Shown here in pieces: positions 40,017 through 52,565 of a DNA stretch of 64,000 bases; the first letter of the stretch is position 1; each line of letters begins with the position of its first letter. The stretch is from Lama glama. Lineage: Eukaryota. A program made the translations under genes and the position numbers. Under the pieces are notes generated by a model. The model was not told where the DNA came from, did not search any database, and worked only from the letters and a program-made list of their open reading frames with translations. Location of the stretch: the NCBI GenBank assembly GCA_028534125.1, contig CM052818.1:24430001-24494000 (forward strand). The letters are read 5' to 3'.

Positions 40017-40608
40017 TTTTTTTACATCTTTATGTTTATTTGCTTGCAACTCATTGTAGTTTCTGCATTTCCAATTATGGTTTTCTCATTTCTGTGGCTT
40101 CCTACTTCTTTTCTGTTTGGAATAGAATTTTCAATATTTCTTTTAGGATAGGTTTAGTGTTGCTGAATTCTTTTAGTTTTTGCTTGTCTGTGAATTCTTT
40201 ATCTCTCCTTCTATTCTAAAGGATAGTCTTGCCAAATAAAGTATCCTAGCTTGCAGCTTTTTCTTTTTCAGGACTTCGAATATATCTTGCTACTCCCTTC
40301 TGGCCAACAGTGTTTGTGTAGAGAAAAAAGCTGAAAGCTTTATGGGGGTTCCCTTGTAACTAACTCTTTGTTTTTCTCTTGTTGCCTTTAGAATCATTTC
40401 TTTATCTTTAACTTTGGTCATCTTAATTATAATATGTCTTAGTGGAGGTCTGTTTGAGTTCTTGTTTGGGACCCTCTGTGCTTCCTGTACTTGGATAGCT
40501 GTTTCCTTCCTTAGGTTTGAGAAGCTTTTAGTCATGATGTCTTCAAATACCTTTTCAATCCCCTATGTTCTTTCTTCTCCTTCTGAGATCCCTATTATGC
40601 GTAGGTTG
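40017..40608 (-). mobile_element. L1 ORF1 C-terminal fragment (decayed), the inverted part of a TSD-bounded insertion
   Basis: ORF 40290-40535 (IQVQEAQRVPNK..RHIIIKM.KVKDKE.ILKATREKQRVSYKGTPIKLSA) is L1 ORF1p-like. Confidence 0.9.
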
Positions 40609-40672
40609 GCTGTACACCAGAAATTGACACAACATTGTAAACTGACTATACACTTCAATTAAAAAAAAGAAG
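40609..40672 (+). mobile_element. L1 3' terminus and poly(A) of the same insertion
   Basis: GCTGTACACCAGAAATTGACACAACATTGTAAACTGACTATACACTTCAATT(A)n. Confidence 0.85.
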
Positions 40673-41019
40673 AAGAAGAAACTGCCAAGTGCAACAACAA
40701 CCGAAACGAGATTCACATTAATAAATTCGAAATGCTCTTTGCAGGAATAAAGCCATGCAGGCACATGATAGGAAATTTGGAGATGGAAAAAAGAAGGAAA
40801 AAACAATAATGCATGGTTTTTATTCACATCCATTATTATTGGCCATTAATTATTCACTAATTTATTATTTGCATAAGAATTATACAGATCTGTAATCATA
40901 TTGCACATATAAGTGGTGTAAAACCGAATTTTGTTTTGCTAAAACTTATAATGAGCATTTTTCTAAACCACGCTCTAGAAGCATTTTGAGAGTCGGATTA
41001 CTTGTAACTACACTGCACT

Positions 41020-41491
41020 TGCTACCGAAGGCAAGTTCCTGTGCCTGATGCACCATGAGGCCAAACAAACCAAAATGTCAGAGTTTGAAATGGAGACAGG
41101 TTTATTGCAGGGCCTTGCACGGAGGATGGGATGGCTTATGCCCAAGAAAACCCTGAACTCCCAGGAGGGTTTCAGCAAAGCATATTTAAAGACCAAGTAA
41201 GGGAGTGGGGGTCACAGGGTACGTGGTCAGCTTTGCACAGTCCTCTGATTGGTTGATGTTGCAGTAACAATACTGTTGATGCCTAGGCACCCGAAGGCCT
41301 GGGGGCCACGTGCTCATGATCATCAAGTAGTTCATTTCTTCCTGTTGGTGGTGGTTTTTAGCATCTGAAAAACTCAGGAAATATACACAAGATACTATTA
41401 TCTGAGTACTTCAGAAAGGAGCTACAGCCGAGGATATGGGGTGGGGGGTGTTTGCCCTGGGAAGGCCCCACAGGGTCCTGCTCGGTTTACA
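41020..41491 (-). mobile_element. Solo ERV1-type LTR
   Basis: TG...CA ends with 4-bp flanks CACT/CATT. On the minus strand CCAAT (~41250), a TATA-like TTTAAATA (~41185) and AATAAA (~41101) occur in LTR order. Length about 470 bp. Confidence 0.8.
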
Positions 41492-42832
41492 CATTTATCT
41501 CTAATGCCCTGAGTGTGTGTTGAGTGAATAAAGCTAATGAAGAGGAAATAATTGCATTTGGCTACATAGTTGGATTAGATACAGTTCTAAAAGAGGACAG
41601 AGATGTAAGTCGCATGAGGCTTACTTTGTGTGTATTTAATTATTAAATGGTACCCTTCGTCAGGCAGACTCAGTTGCTCAGCCTCTCGGTGAACTCACAC
41701 GCGTCCCCTCCTGCCTGGGAGGCACAAAGCAAACAGAGGCTGAATGTCTGAATGACAAGATCCCCTAGGAGTCTACCTCCTCGCACAGCTTATCAAAGCA
41801 CAGGGGTTAAAGTATGACAGGAGTCAGGAGACAGTGCACACGACTTCCGAGCTCTGTTTCCGAGGATTTACTACCATTTGACCTGGGTCTGCTAGGTTCA
41901 TCCCTCAGGGACTCAGCTGACCCTCCCTGGAAGGAAGACTCTTGGATTCTTGTTTTTCTCACACTCTGCCTGCCTCCTCTTCCTGCTCTTCTGAAAAGAA
42001 GCATGCCACACAACAACGAAGAGGTTTTTCCACATTTACCTTACTGCCAGCCAGCCACTTCTCTTTGTTTTAGTCTGTTTACACAGTCTCCTTGGCAACA
42101 TGAGGTAGAAGTAGATATTTTTTGTATCTCTGACTTGCAGGTTTGGTTTTTCCTTTGTCTAAAGCTTATCCACCTCGCACACCAAAGTTTTTCTACTAAA
42201 GTTTTTTATTTTAATTTTAAAAAGAGAATCATTTTCAAACCCTAGTATTTTAGAAATATCCCATTTAGATATCAAATATTTGAAGTGCTTCTTTAAAAAA
42301 AAACCTTTAGAATGATTATTGAATAAAACCATTTGTTGCTAATATTTAACTCTTCCCAGTAATTTCAGTATGTTCCAAAGATCTGTACACACTCCTGCCT
42401 GGTGTCTTCATGATGGCTTGAGGGACCAGGGACCACAAAGCAGAAAAGGCTAAAAAGCCTAGAGATCAAACTTTTAACCCCTGAGTTCTGTGATACAATC
42501 AGTGGAACTCCTGAACAGCCATAGGCACTTTTTGTATACAAATATACCTATGTTATCTCAACTATATTGTGATGAAGTTCTTTGGGGAAAATTCCATTTA
42601 TCCTTCCCCAAGCCCCAAATTAAATGTGGGCTGTGAAGAAATTTAAATCATACTGGTACTCTTGGCTAGAAGGAAATTTCTTTAGCAGATCACTGCAGTG
42701 ATGACCAAATCATATTCCACAAGTACATCTAATGAAAAGATTAAAATTAACTGGCCCAGTCATTCTTTTTTTTAATATATTGAAGTTTAGTTTTACATAT
42801 ATACTCAACTGTTTATTTATTAATTTCTTCCA

Positions 42833-43040
42833 TGTCAGCCAGGGAAGCAGGAAACTAATGACACATTCAGATTAGGAGGATTTGATGGGATTATTTATCA
42901 GGGTGTGAGCAGAGTGTGGAAAACCACGCGAATCAGTGCATTGCTCTGGGACTGGCCATACCTCGGTCCCGTTACCACTTCTGGGTCTGAAAGGGCAAGG
43001 AGATAGGGAGAGAAACTGAGACCTTTCATTGTAAGATTCC
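42833..43040. mobile_element. Old MaLR-like LTR fragment
   Basis: TGTCAGCCAGGG..ATGACACATTCAGA..ATTATTTATCAGGGTGTGAGCAGAGTGT..GTTACCACTTCTGGGTCTGAAAGGGCAAGG. Family recalled from memory only. Confidence 0.45.
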
Positions 43041-43084
43041 GTGCCTGAATGAGAGAGAATCTGGGCATGAATGCCATAGTCAAA

Positions 43085-43340
43085 ATTGAAGTATAGTTGA
43101 TTTACACTGTTGTGTTAATTTCTGGTGTACAGCATAGTGATTCAGTATATATATACACACACACACACATACACATATGTATTCTTTTTTATATTATTTT
43201 CCATTATAAGTTATTATAAGCTATTGAATATAGTCCCCTGTGCTACACAGTAGGACCCTATTGTTTATTCTATATATAGTAGTTTGTATCTGATACTCTG
43301 AAACTCTCAATTTATCTCTCCACCACCCTTTCCCCTGTTG
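43085..43340 (-). mobile_element. L1 3' end fragment
   Basis: ATTGAAGTATAGTTGATTTACA..TTTCTGGTGTACAGCATAGTGATTCAG ... TTGAATATAGTCCCCTGTGCTACACAGTAGGACC. Confidence 0.9.
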
Positions 43341-43351
43341 GATCAGTCATC

Positions 43352-43588
43352 TTTTTTTTTTTTTGTATGTGTATTTTTTTTTATTGAATAGTCAGTTTAT
43401 AGTCAGTTTACAATGTTGTGTCAATTTCTAGTGTCTAGCATAATGCTTCAGTCATACATGAATTGGGAGTTGGAGATTTGCAGATACTAACTAATATATA
43501 TAAAATGGATAAACAACAAGTTTATACTGTATAGCGCAGGAAACTATATTCAATATTTTGTGCTAATTTATGATGAAAAAGAACATGA
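43352..43588 (-). mobile_element. 5'-inverted (twin-primed) short L1 insertion
   Basis: Poly(T) and antisense L1 tail to ~43461, then sense L1 3'UTR (GGGAGTTGGAGATTTGCAGATAC...GATGAAAAAGAACATG). Flanked by ATCAGTCATCTT / ATCAGTCATTCTT. Confidence 0.85.
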
Positions 43589-43749
43589 ATCAGTCATTCT
43601 TAACAAGAGGCATCCATCAGAATTCTCTGGAGGGCTTTCTCCAAACACACAAGTCCCGCTCTGGACTTAGATTCTCCAGTTGTGGGACCAAGGCATGTGT
43701 ATGTTGAAAATTTGTCCAGACCATTTTTGTTGCCAAATGCCAGTTAATA

Positions 43750-43970
43750 ATCACTGATTTTAATGACATTGGTAATACTGAGCACCTGTTATTTGCCAAA
43801 GTCTTAGATTGTTTCCTCCAGTTAGTATTTATAATCTCTTTGTAATGTATATACTATTCCCATTTTCTAGATTAAGAAACTGAACCTCAGAGTTGTTAGG
43901 TAAGTTATCGAATGGCCCTTAGTGATAAAGCAAGAATTTTCACTCAGCTTAATTCCAAAATCCCCTTTCT
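43750..43970 (-). mobile_element. MIR remnant
   Basis: ACTATTCCCATTTTCTAGATTAAGAAACTGAACCTCAGAGTTGTTAGGTAAGTT. Confidence 0.75.
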
Positions 43971-44605
43971 TACACATTTAAAGTAATTTTCCCTAAATAA
44001 GTAATCCTTAAGAAATAATTCACTGTATTCCTAGATAATTTTTATTCTGCCACTATTTTTTAATGTCCATCACAATGTTCCTCTAACAGCTTTAGTTATG
44101 AAATTGTTTTGTAGGTTGTTAGGGTACAGAACAATGGCTTGATTTGAATTACCTAAAAAATATCACACACACACATACATACGCACACACAAAGGGCTTT
44201 GAGAATAGCCAACTAGATCAGCAGATTTGGATATTTATTCCTTAATAGAACCTCCACACCTTTCTTTGAAACAACTATTACTACTTATCAAAGTACATTT
44301 TTTCCAACTAAAATCTACAAATTGAACATCAATGAGTCATTTCCAGTGGTCTCCACCCTTCCTTGTCTTAAATAAGGTCTCGATAGATAATAAGACCAGG
44401 AAGCATTTTTGAGCCACATAATACATTATAGTTTGTCAATATTCTCAGTATTTAAATGACTCTTTGGCAACATGTATTACTACAATATGAGAAATGCGTT
44501 GCCGTTATTCAAAACAATGGTAATATTCACACTGACTTTCAATAAAAAAATCTTTTAAAAGCCAAGTTTTAAAAGCTTGAATATTTTTGAAGGAATCATC
44601 TGGAA

Positions 44606-44788
44606 TAGTGCTTCTCAATAATGTGGGAGTGGCGGGGAGAGAAACACCTCCTCACCTTCTCACCACAGAGACTATGGTGGGGTAGAGCCCAGGCCTCTCC
44701 AGCCATTTGAGAAACACAAAGGGTTATGAAAATATTATGGACCATGGTGAATTATGCAAATGAATAGACTGAATTTTGAGAACCACTG
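44606..44788. mobile_element. hAT-Charlie MITE-like remnant (MER5/MER20-class ends)
   Basis: Inverted ends TAGTGCTTCTCAA ... TTGAGAACCACTG. No clear 8-bp TSD. Confidence 0.45.
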
Positions 44789-46014
44789 ATTAGTGGTGTA
44801 CATTGTTTTGTTTTTTAGCATTTATCCCATGTAAAGTTACTTGAAGTTTTCACAACCAGTGTCCTACTCATTTCAAAAGGTTTTGAGAATCTACTCTCAA
44901 AGTGGATGGACATTTATTAGATCAAGAAGCTTATCTTCCCCTTGATAGATATTGTAACAGATATTTCTAATGCGCTAAGGGCAGCTCTGAGAGGTTAAGC
45001 AGCAAATAATTGATCAGCTTATGTTTTTAGTGTGGTTGAACAGCTCTTAGCTTGATCTCTTTCAGCAGTCATTGTTTTATTTTTTTAAAAATTCAACTTC
45101 TTAGAACATCATGAAGAAAATTGGAAGGAGCCCTAATTCCATCTCCAAAGCAATGGGGTTTTCTGGAAGCTGGTATTCATCCTGTGTTCACTTTCTAGAA
45201 AGTGTCACAGCCAGACACAAAGGACCCAAGGATACAATCCTAAGGCAGTTGGCAGGATGATCAGATCTTAAGTTCTGCTAGTCAGTCTCTTTCTCACCAG
45301 AAGACCCTAGAAGTAAAAATCTATTTTGCCCTTGGTGATGTGGAATCAAAGTAAAAGACATCATTGGATGTCGATTTTTTGTTTGTTTATTTTGAAATTG
45401 CTTATGACCCAAAGGATACTTTACAATGAATAGACAATACAATCCTTTCAAAACCACAAATGACCTATGGTTCTACAGTTTAGAACTAGTACTCCTCTCT
45501 CAGTAGCCAGTAGTCCCACCTTCGTTCTTCTTCCTTCCTGCCATCATCTTAATTCGTTTACAGATGTCAATCCATTTATGCCCAGACTATATGTCAAAGG
45601 AGATTTATTAAACCTAGAAAAAAGCTGACATATTTTATTATCATCCTCCAATAAGATCTCAGTAGGGAAATCTTAAATTTCAAATGACCATGGACAAGTG
45701 CACTTTATAGTTGGTATTTTTAATCCACAATGGAACATTTTTTTCTCTTAATATATCTTAATGTCGTCAAAAACTGAAATTTTTGTTTCTTTATCCCCTG
45801 GAATGTGATTTTCTAAAATTTTAATAAATATTTTTGGTGTAATAGAGAAAAGTTTTTTTTTTTAAATCGAGCAATCTATATTAATGGAGTCAGAATTACT
45901 ACTTTCCATCACATTTGAAGTCAGGAAACACACACTTACAAAATATTGTGGCAACATTTTATTGATAATTGAGCATAGCTGACATGTTTATTTTTGCTGC
46001 TAAATCTATTGCAG

Positions 46015-46200
46015 GTGATAGTGGAAATAGCACTGAACATGGAGTCAGAGAACCTATATTCTAATCACAGTTCTACCTTCAATCACCTGTAAGACCTTTG
46101 GCAAGTCACTCAACTTCTCTGCATTTTGGTTTGTCTTGACCTCACCTTTAAAATGAGGGCTGGAGATTATCCCTAAAGTCCATTTCTCTTACAAAATCCA
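46015..46200 (+). mobile_element. MIR-family remnant
   Basis: TAGTGGAAATAGCACTGAACATGGAGTCAGAGAACCT..TTGGCAAGTCACTCAACTTCTCTG..TTTAAAATGAGGG. Confidence 0.75.
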
Positions 46201-47739
46201 ATTATTTATACATTTTTATTAGAATTCTGTGTGTAAATTTGATTCTATTAACATACTAACAAAAAATTTTAAGCAGGGCTATAAACTGGAGCCATTAAAA
46301 TATTTATCATTTGAATGCAGGCCAGTGCAGCTAATGTGACATAAATGCCCTGAGCCATTTTTCCCTCGTTTTTGTAACACCATCTGGTGCTCTAGCATAT
46401 GAGAGAGTTTATTTAAATAATCGCATTAGTAAAACCTATGCCCCAGATCCATCTGTACACACATATACACACACATATACCAAAAAACATATACACACAC
46501 ACCCCTCTGATGTTTTCTAAAGTTGCTTTGGTCAGGCTCCTTCTGTATTCTGAAACTAAGCATTTCCAGTCACTAGGCAAGTGAAGTGAAACAAGCCTTC
46601 TCTGGATTTGTTCTAACCTGGAGTCTCACTGATTAGGACCATGGCGGGTCTCAGCTAAGCAGTGTATCTCACCCACACCTGCAATGCTCTCTGGGGACAG
46701 TGGCACACTCCATTGGAGAGGGCAGGGTGTGCTATAGAAAGCAATGCCCTGTTCTTGGAAATGTGACCAAGGCTCAAAGCTTTAACTGAGTTAAGAGTCG
46801 ATTCTAAGGTACCAACTCCCACTTCTGCCCAGGAAGATGGGCAAGTTCTCTTCTATAGAAAGTATGTTTGGCCTTTCCACTGCAACATGTTTTCACACTA
46901 AGTGACTATTTCCCACCCTTCAGATACTACGTTTCAGAAAAGGGGGAAAATGGAAGAATCTAAGGCAATAATGGAAAATGCTAGTTTGTTTGTTTGTTTG
47001 TTTAAACAGAACACTGTTATAGGCTTTGCCAGGCACTGAGAGTTAAGACTATGTTTGCCCCACCCTGGTAGCAGCAACATTTTTTAATACAAAGTCTATT
47101 TGGAGGAAGGTATTGGAACTCAACACGCTCAGTGGGCAGATCTGAATGGCCAGATGTGCAAAGGGATGGACCCCTGAGCCGACCGACCAGCCCCAATATC
47201 TGGGCTATGTGGCTGTTACATGAGGTTCTGCTGAAGGGGCTTGAGGAACAACTGCAGTGAACAGATCTACCTTGGGAACTGGCTGGAAGCATTTACAGTG
47301 AACCATACTGAGTAAAATCTAAGTAGAAAAACGGTTGCCCTGTTTGGCTCTGGCCCCAAGTTGCATAATTACAGGGTAAACCCAACAAAAGCAGGCATTC
47401 TTTGGTGGAGTCAGGACCACAGTCTGCATATTTCAAGTTTCCCCTCTTCAGGATGTGTTTCTAAAGCGAAGTCTCGATGGATGTGTATCACGTGCTTGTA
47501 GTGTGGGTGGAACCACCCATAACCAAGAAGGGCAACTACAAAGTCTCTGTCTGGAGCATGAGTTGTTGCTTTTTTTCCCCTTCATTTGAACTTGTGTGTG
47601 TATGGCTTAAAAATGAAGTTATTGCCAAACCAGGAAAAGAAGCACTTAAAATCTGTGAAAACTCTTCAGGGAGATGAATTGAATAACTGTTTTATTAACT
47701 ATTGCAAGATAGGTCATAGAGCATAATAATTAAAATCAT

Positions 47740-47920
47740 AAGGCTGCTGAGAAAGACCTATAGATCCCAGCTCAGCAACTTACTAATTGTATAACCTTGG
47801 ACAAGTTCCTTGACCCCTGTAAACATCAGTCTCCTCATCCATAAAATTGGTTTTGTGGAATAAAATAAGGTAATACGTGTAAAGCATTCAAAATCTCTCT
47901 GACACATAATATGTAATTAC
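47740..47920 (+). mobile_element. MIR remnant
   Basis: GATCCCAGCTCAGCAACTTACTAATTGTATAACCTTGGACAAGTT..CAGTCTCCTCATCCATAAAAT..TAATACGTGTAAAGCA. Confidence 0.8.
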
Positions 47921-50654
47921 ATTATCTATGATATAATAATATATAAGATGTGATTATAGCTTAGAAACTGGATGTGATATCTAATTGGGAATATTTGATT
48001 TGATAAAACATGCTTTTTATGCATTTATCACAATATGCATCCCAAGAGAACAGCAAATAATATGGGGAAGGAGTGATTTTTTTTTTAAGAGTCAACTTTT
48101 TAAGTAAGATGAAACCAAAGAAAGTTATTAATGCAAGGTCATGTCTGGTTTGGTTTGGTTTCTTCTGCTAAATTAGGGGAGGGTCCTGTATGTTAATGGA
48201 TCTTTTTCAGGCAGAAGCAAACAGGTACATGGGGTGTACAACCAGACTGTGCAAAAATCTTACCTTGCCAGCTTCCAGGGTTGCAAAATTGTCCTCCTAC
48301 ACTGTCCTGAGAAGATTCTATTAATCCACTCTAGATTTGCACATTGCTCTTCCAGGTGGACGTTTGGCCTTTTACTGTAAATGTTGTCACAAGGAAAAAA
48401 GTGATTTGAACATATTTCTTAGCTTACAGACACTTAATGTATCTACCTAGCCTGTGCTGGGAGTTGGAAGGGGCTATCAGGGGGATCAGGTATAGACCTA
48501 CCAATTAAAGAGAATGATGCCATGTCAGGGAGAGAGAGCAGTACACAGAACAGCGCAAGAGGTAGAAATCCGATGTGCCGCTTCCGTAAGACTGTGTCAG
48601 CCTGAGGGAGAATGCCACTCAATTTATACTGAATTCCTCTTCTTTTGATTTTGTTGCAGCCGTAACATATGGTGTGTATCGTAGCCCATTTCAGCTTGTA
48701 CAATTCTATTTTAACTTGGCCATTTATAGAACTCAAGAGCCAGGAAGCTACCTTTGAACACTGTACACTGTCAAATGGTTTTTGATTTACTAGATTCCTT
48801 ATCACTTGGCAAATATACACAGCAGACATTTTCCAGAGGATGAATACAGTGAGTCTTACCCTCCAGACGTTCCTTCCCTTTGTTAAGCAAACCCACACTG
48901 ATGCTGAGACTCCGACATCTCTCCTTGGTGGTGAGAAACGTCTGATTTCAGGAGTGCCCTCCAGCCGTGGCTGCTGCATAGTGTAACTGATTCTTTACTG
49001 ATTTGTCCACAGGCTGGCTGGGGGTGGCAGTCCACAAAGAGCAAAGCCCCGCTGAAAACTGAGGTAGCATCTGTTCATTTAAAAATATCCAGCATGAGGA
49101 AAAGACCTCAATCATTCAGAGCCAGGCTGAAATTGACTAGGGCTTTGTGTCAGATTTTTTTTTTCTTTTGGTTTTTCGTATCATGCACAACACTTGCCTA
49201 CTGAGCTCCAAAAACAACATTCTTGCACAGAAATTGCCAGGGAAAAACATGAGGTGGAAAAATCAGAGTAACGTCTTCCCTTAGGGCGAGATGACACAGG
49301 AAAAGTCATTGGACAGCTCCCAGCCTGGGCTTCATCGGCTGGCAGGAAAGGCTGTCATTGCCTTAGAGTTATTGGGAAATTGAAGGAGGTCATAGACGTG
49401 AAATGCTCAGAACAAGGCTCTCGCGTAGTAGGTGCTGGATAAATGACAGTGGTTAGCCTGTGGCCACCTTCATCTCTGTTGACTCTTCTGGTCCACCTCC
49501 CATCATGAAATCCAAGCACCCAGAGCTTCTGCTTACTTTCTAACCCCCTGGTGGGGAGGTCTGGAAGGCTTCAAAATTTCTACAAAGGAACGCTTGGAGG
49601 AAGCAATCTGATTGGAATGTAATACTGGCAGCTGCATTTTCACAGCTTTCCATTAAATTACTCAAATGTTCATTTTTCGCATCAGGGAAGAGGGGCTGCT
49701 GATGGAGAGTTGGCCCTCCAGCTCTCGAACCCTCTGTGTGCAATAATTACTCAGAAATGTCGCAGTCTGCCTGCAGACTGTCCCCCTTGTACCACTTTCT
49801 TCTTACATTGCTCCTGATTCGTGTTCATCTTGAGGTTTTAGAAATAAGGTTTGTTTACCCAGCACGTAGAACCATCAGAGGGAGGCACCAGGGCATTCAT
49901 GTGGAATTCTTCCCCGACTTGAATATTCTTTATCTATAAGGAAAAGAGAATAGACTGCTATAAATGTGCAGCAGAATTAGCGCCTTTCACTGTTGAATCT
50001 CTTCAAACACATAGGCAAATCCATCACAAAGGAGAAATGCAATAGCTTTCAACAATAGATGGTGCTGATGAAAGACTGCATTCCTTTGTTCATTTTCCTA
50101 GCCTGAAGTTGGGTCTCCAAGGTCCATTTGAATGGATTTCTTAGTCTAAAACCGCTAAACCAACCCTCAAGCCATGATGTCACTACTTTTTTAATACTGT
50201 ATTTAGACTTGAGAAGTTTTCCGACTTTCTTTTCATGAGCTGAAAATAACTCCTGTAAGTAATGAGTTAGTTTAGTCTAAAGATTAAGGGGCTTCCCTAA
50301 CATCCAAAGCATCACACTGCTTTATGAAGTTAAGGGCTATGAAGTGAGTCTTCGATTTCGTTAGTCCTCTCTTACATACATTCAGTAGGCACTTGTACCC
50401 TTGTCTGTTGAAGAAATGAATGAGTGATTTGTCACAATTACATGATTTGGGCCCTCAAAGATTCCAGATTTAGAAAAATATTCTTAATAATCATGGAATA
50501 AAGACCAGCGCCTCATTAGCTTAACTTTTAAAAAATTATGAATGGGAATATTTATTTAGAATAAGAAACCTTCACAAAGTAATGATATTTTAAAAGCTGA
50601 CAAATATCACGTGCATCACAAAATCCATAAAAATGTATTTCTAATTGACTGGCT

Positions 50655-51030
50655 TTTTAAAATTTTTTTATTTTTTTATTGAAGTGTAGTTGATTTAAAA
50701 CATTAGTTTCAGATGTACAGCAAAGGAATTCAGTTGTACATACATATAAATATTTTACTTTCTGATTCTTCTCCACTATATGTTGTTATAAAACATTGAA
50801 TATGGTTCCCTGTGCTATACAGTAGGTCCCTGTTGTTTATCTATTGTATATATAACAATGTGTGTCTGTTAATCCCCAACCCCTAATTTATCCCTCCCCG
50901 CCCTTTCCCCTTTGGTAACCATAGTTTGTTTTCTATGTCCGCGAGTCTGTTTCTGGTTTGTAAATAGAATTTGTATCATTTTTCTTAGGTTCCACATCTA
51001 AGTGATATTATATGATACTTGCCTTTCTCT
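50655..51030 (-). mobile_element. L1 3' end fragment
   Basis: TTTATTGAAGTGTAGTTGATTTA ... TTGAATATGGTTCCCTGTGCTATACAGTAGGTCC ... CCCTTTGGTAACCATAG ... TTCCACATCTAAGTGATATTATATG. Confidence 0.9.
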
Positions 51031-51740
51031 GCTTTGCTTTTAGAGTATACTCTGCGTTTCAGATTTCTCTTTCTAGTCTGACTAGCTTTTCTCAAAGACA
51101 CAAATTTACTCTCCTTTTTCTAAACAAGCCTAGAAAGTCTTCCAACACAAGTTATGGTTGTATCCCTCTATCTCGTGGTATTATTGAGTACCAATTCCAG
51201 TACTGCGGGCACAGTATCTTAAAATCTCTGGTCCTTGGTTGGCTCCTGAGAGGAGTAAATGTTGAGAGAGGTCCTCGATGCAATGAACCAGTGGCAGCTG
51301 TTTTCCTGTGATTTATAGGCCTTCCACGTTCAAAATGGTGTCTGCACCACTTGGCTTCCTATGGAGAGCTTCACAAAGAGAGGGTCAAGTTGCTGGGTGC
51401 AACCATTGTTCTTGTTAGTGGTTGGAGATTTCTAATTATACCCTTTTCTGCTCAGAGCACATGCCACAGGGGGCCACTACATAAACATAGGCAGCATGTC
51501 AGGGGGTGTCCAGGATGATAATGAGATCACAAATTATGCAAAGCAATTTCACCATTGATGAGATATGCTTTATTTGCAGATGCAAAGTGAAATGTAGGCT
51601 TTTTGCCCTTATGTTTGTTTGTTTTCTAAAATGATATTTACAAAGAACTAGACAGGCCTACTTAAACATCTTTGATGTGTTCAGTTCTGTCTTGCAGTGA
51701 AATTAGTGGATTTATTTCTCCTAAATAATCTCGTACGCAT

Positions 51741-51763
51741 TCTCTCTCTCTCTCCCCCACCCC

Positions 51764-51797
<34 letters not shown>
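51741..51797. repeat. (TC)n and (CA)n microsatellite
   Basis: Directly visible. Confidence 0.9.
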
Positions 51798-51798
<1 letters not shown>

Positions 51799-52419
51799 TT
51801 TTCACTGCTTAGGAAAGTCATAAGGCATTGCTGCTTCATATAACAATATATGTAGTCAAAATTGAGACATATACACCTATTATGTTCATTTCTTGGGAGT
51901 CTGCCTCAAAGTCAAACACTAGGAAACAGACCATGCACTGTTGAGTCAACATTGCTTGAATTGTAGAATTATACCTATTTATTATTTTCCATTTTATTTT
52001 TTAATCTCTTTTATCTCAAATATTCAACCACATAAATATACTAATTGCATAATCAGAAAAAATACCTAGATTGGTCTGTCTAGTCTCACTAGATTTGGAC
52101 AAATTTGCCGATGGTTATGATGAAAAAGTCCTTACTGGACATGAAAGGCGACAAGTTACCCTCAGAGTCGCAGGGTCCTTCTTTAAAAGTCGAGGGTTCA
52201 GCGTAGGTGCCACAGGCTCTGAATTGGGCCTGCAATGGATCACTTTCATGTCGTTCCTCCCCTACCATGTGGAGGGTGTTCTGCAGAATTTGAAAGGACG
52301 GAAAGGTTATTCATATCTCAAAGCTGGGGGACAGCAGAAAAGAGAGGTAAAGGGAACTAATACTTATGACCACACCCTTGTGTTCTTTGACACCTCTGAG
52401 GAAGGAATTTATTCTCTCT

Positions 52420-52565
52420 CTTTTATTGTTTTAGCTTATTCATTTATTTTTTTATTGAAGTATAATCAGTTTACAATGTTGCGTTAATTCCTGGTGTATA
52501 GCACAGTGATGCATTTACACGCATGTATATATATATTCCTTTTCATATTCTTTTTCATTATAAGC
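52420..52565 (-). mobile_element. Short L1 3' end fragment
   Basis: TTTTATTGAAGTATAATCAGTTTACAATGTTG..CTGGTGTATAGCACAGTGAT..ATTCCTTTTCATATTCTTTTTCATTATA. Confidence 0.85.

Noticed and set aside
44755..44762. Isolated octamer ATGCAAAT sites and scattered TGA(C/G)TCA sites
   Set aside because: Counts are compatible with chance in AT-rich DNA.
48443..48979. Longest ORF (178 aa, minus strand)
   Set aside because: No recognisable domain or coding-like composition. An ORF of this length can occur by chance in 64 kb.
49013..49063. Possible 51-nt in-frame micro-exon (AGWGWQSTKSKAPLKTE)
   Set aside because: Good acceptor but weak donor (GTAGCA), and the peptide is not recognised.
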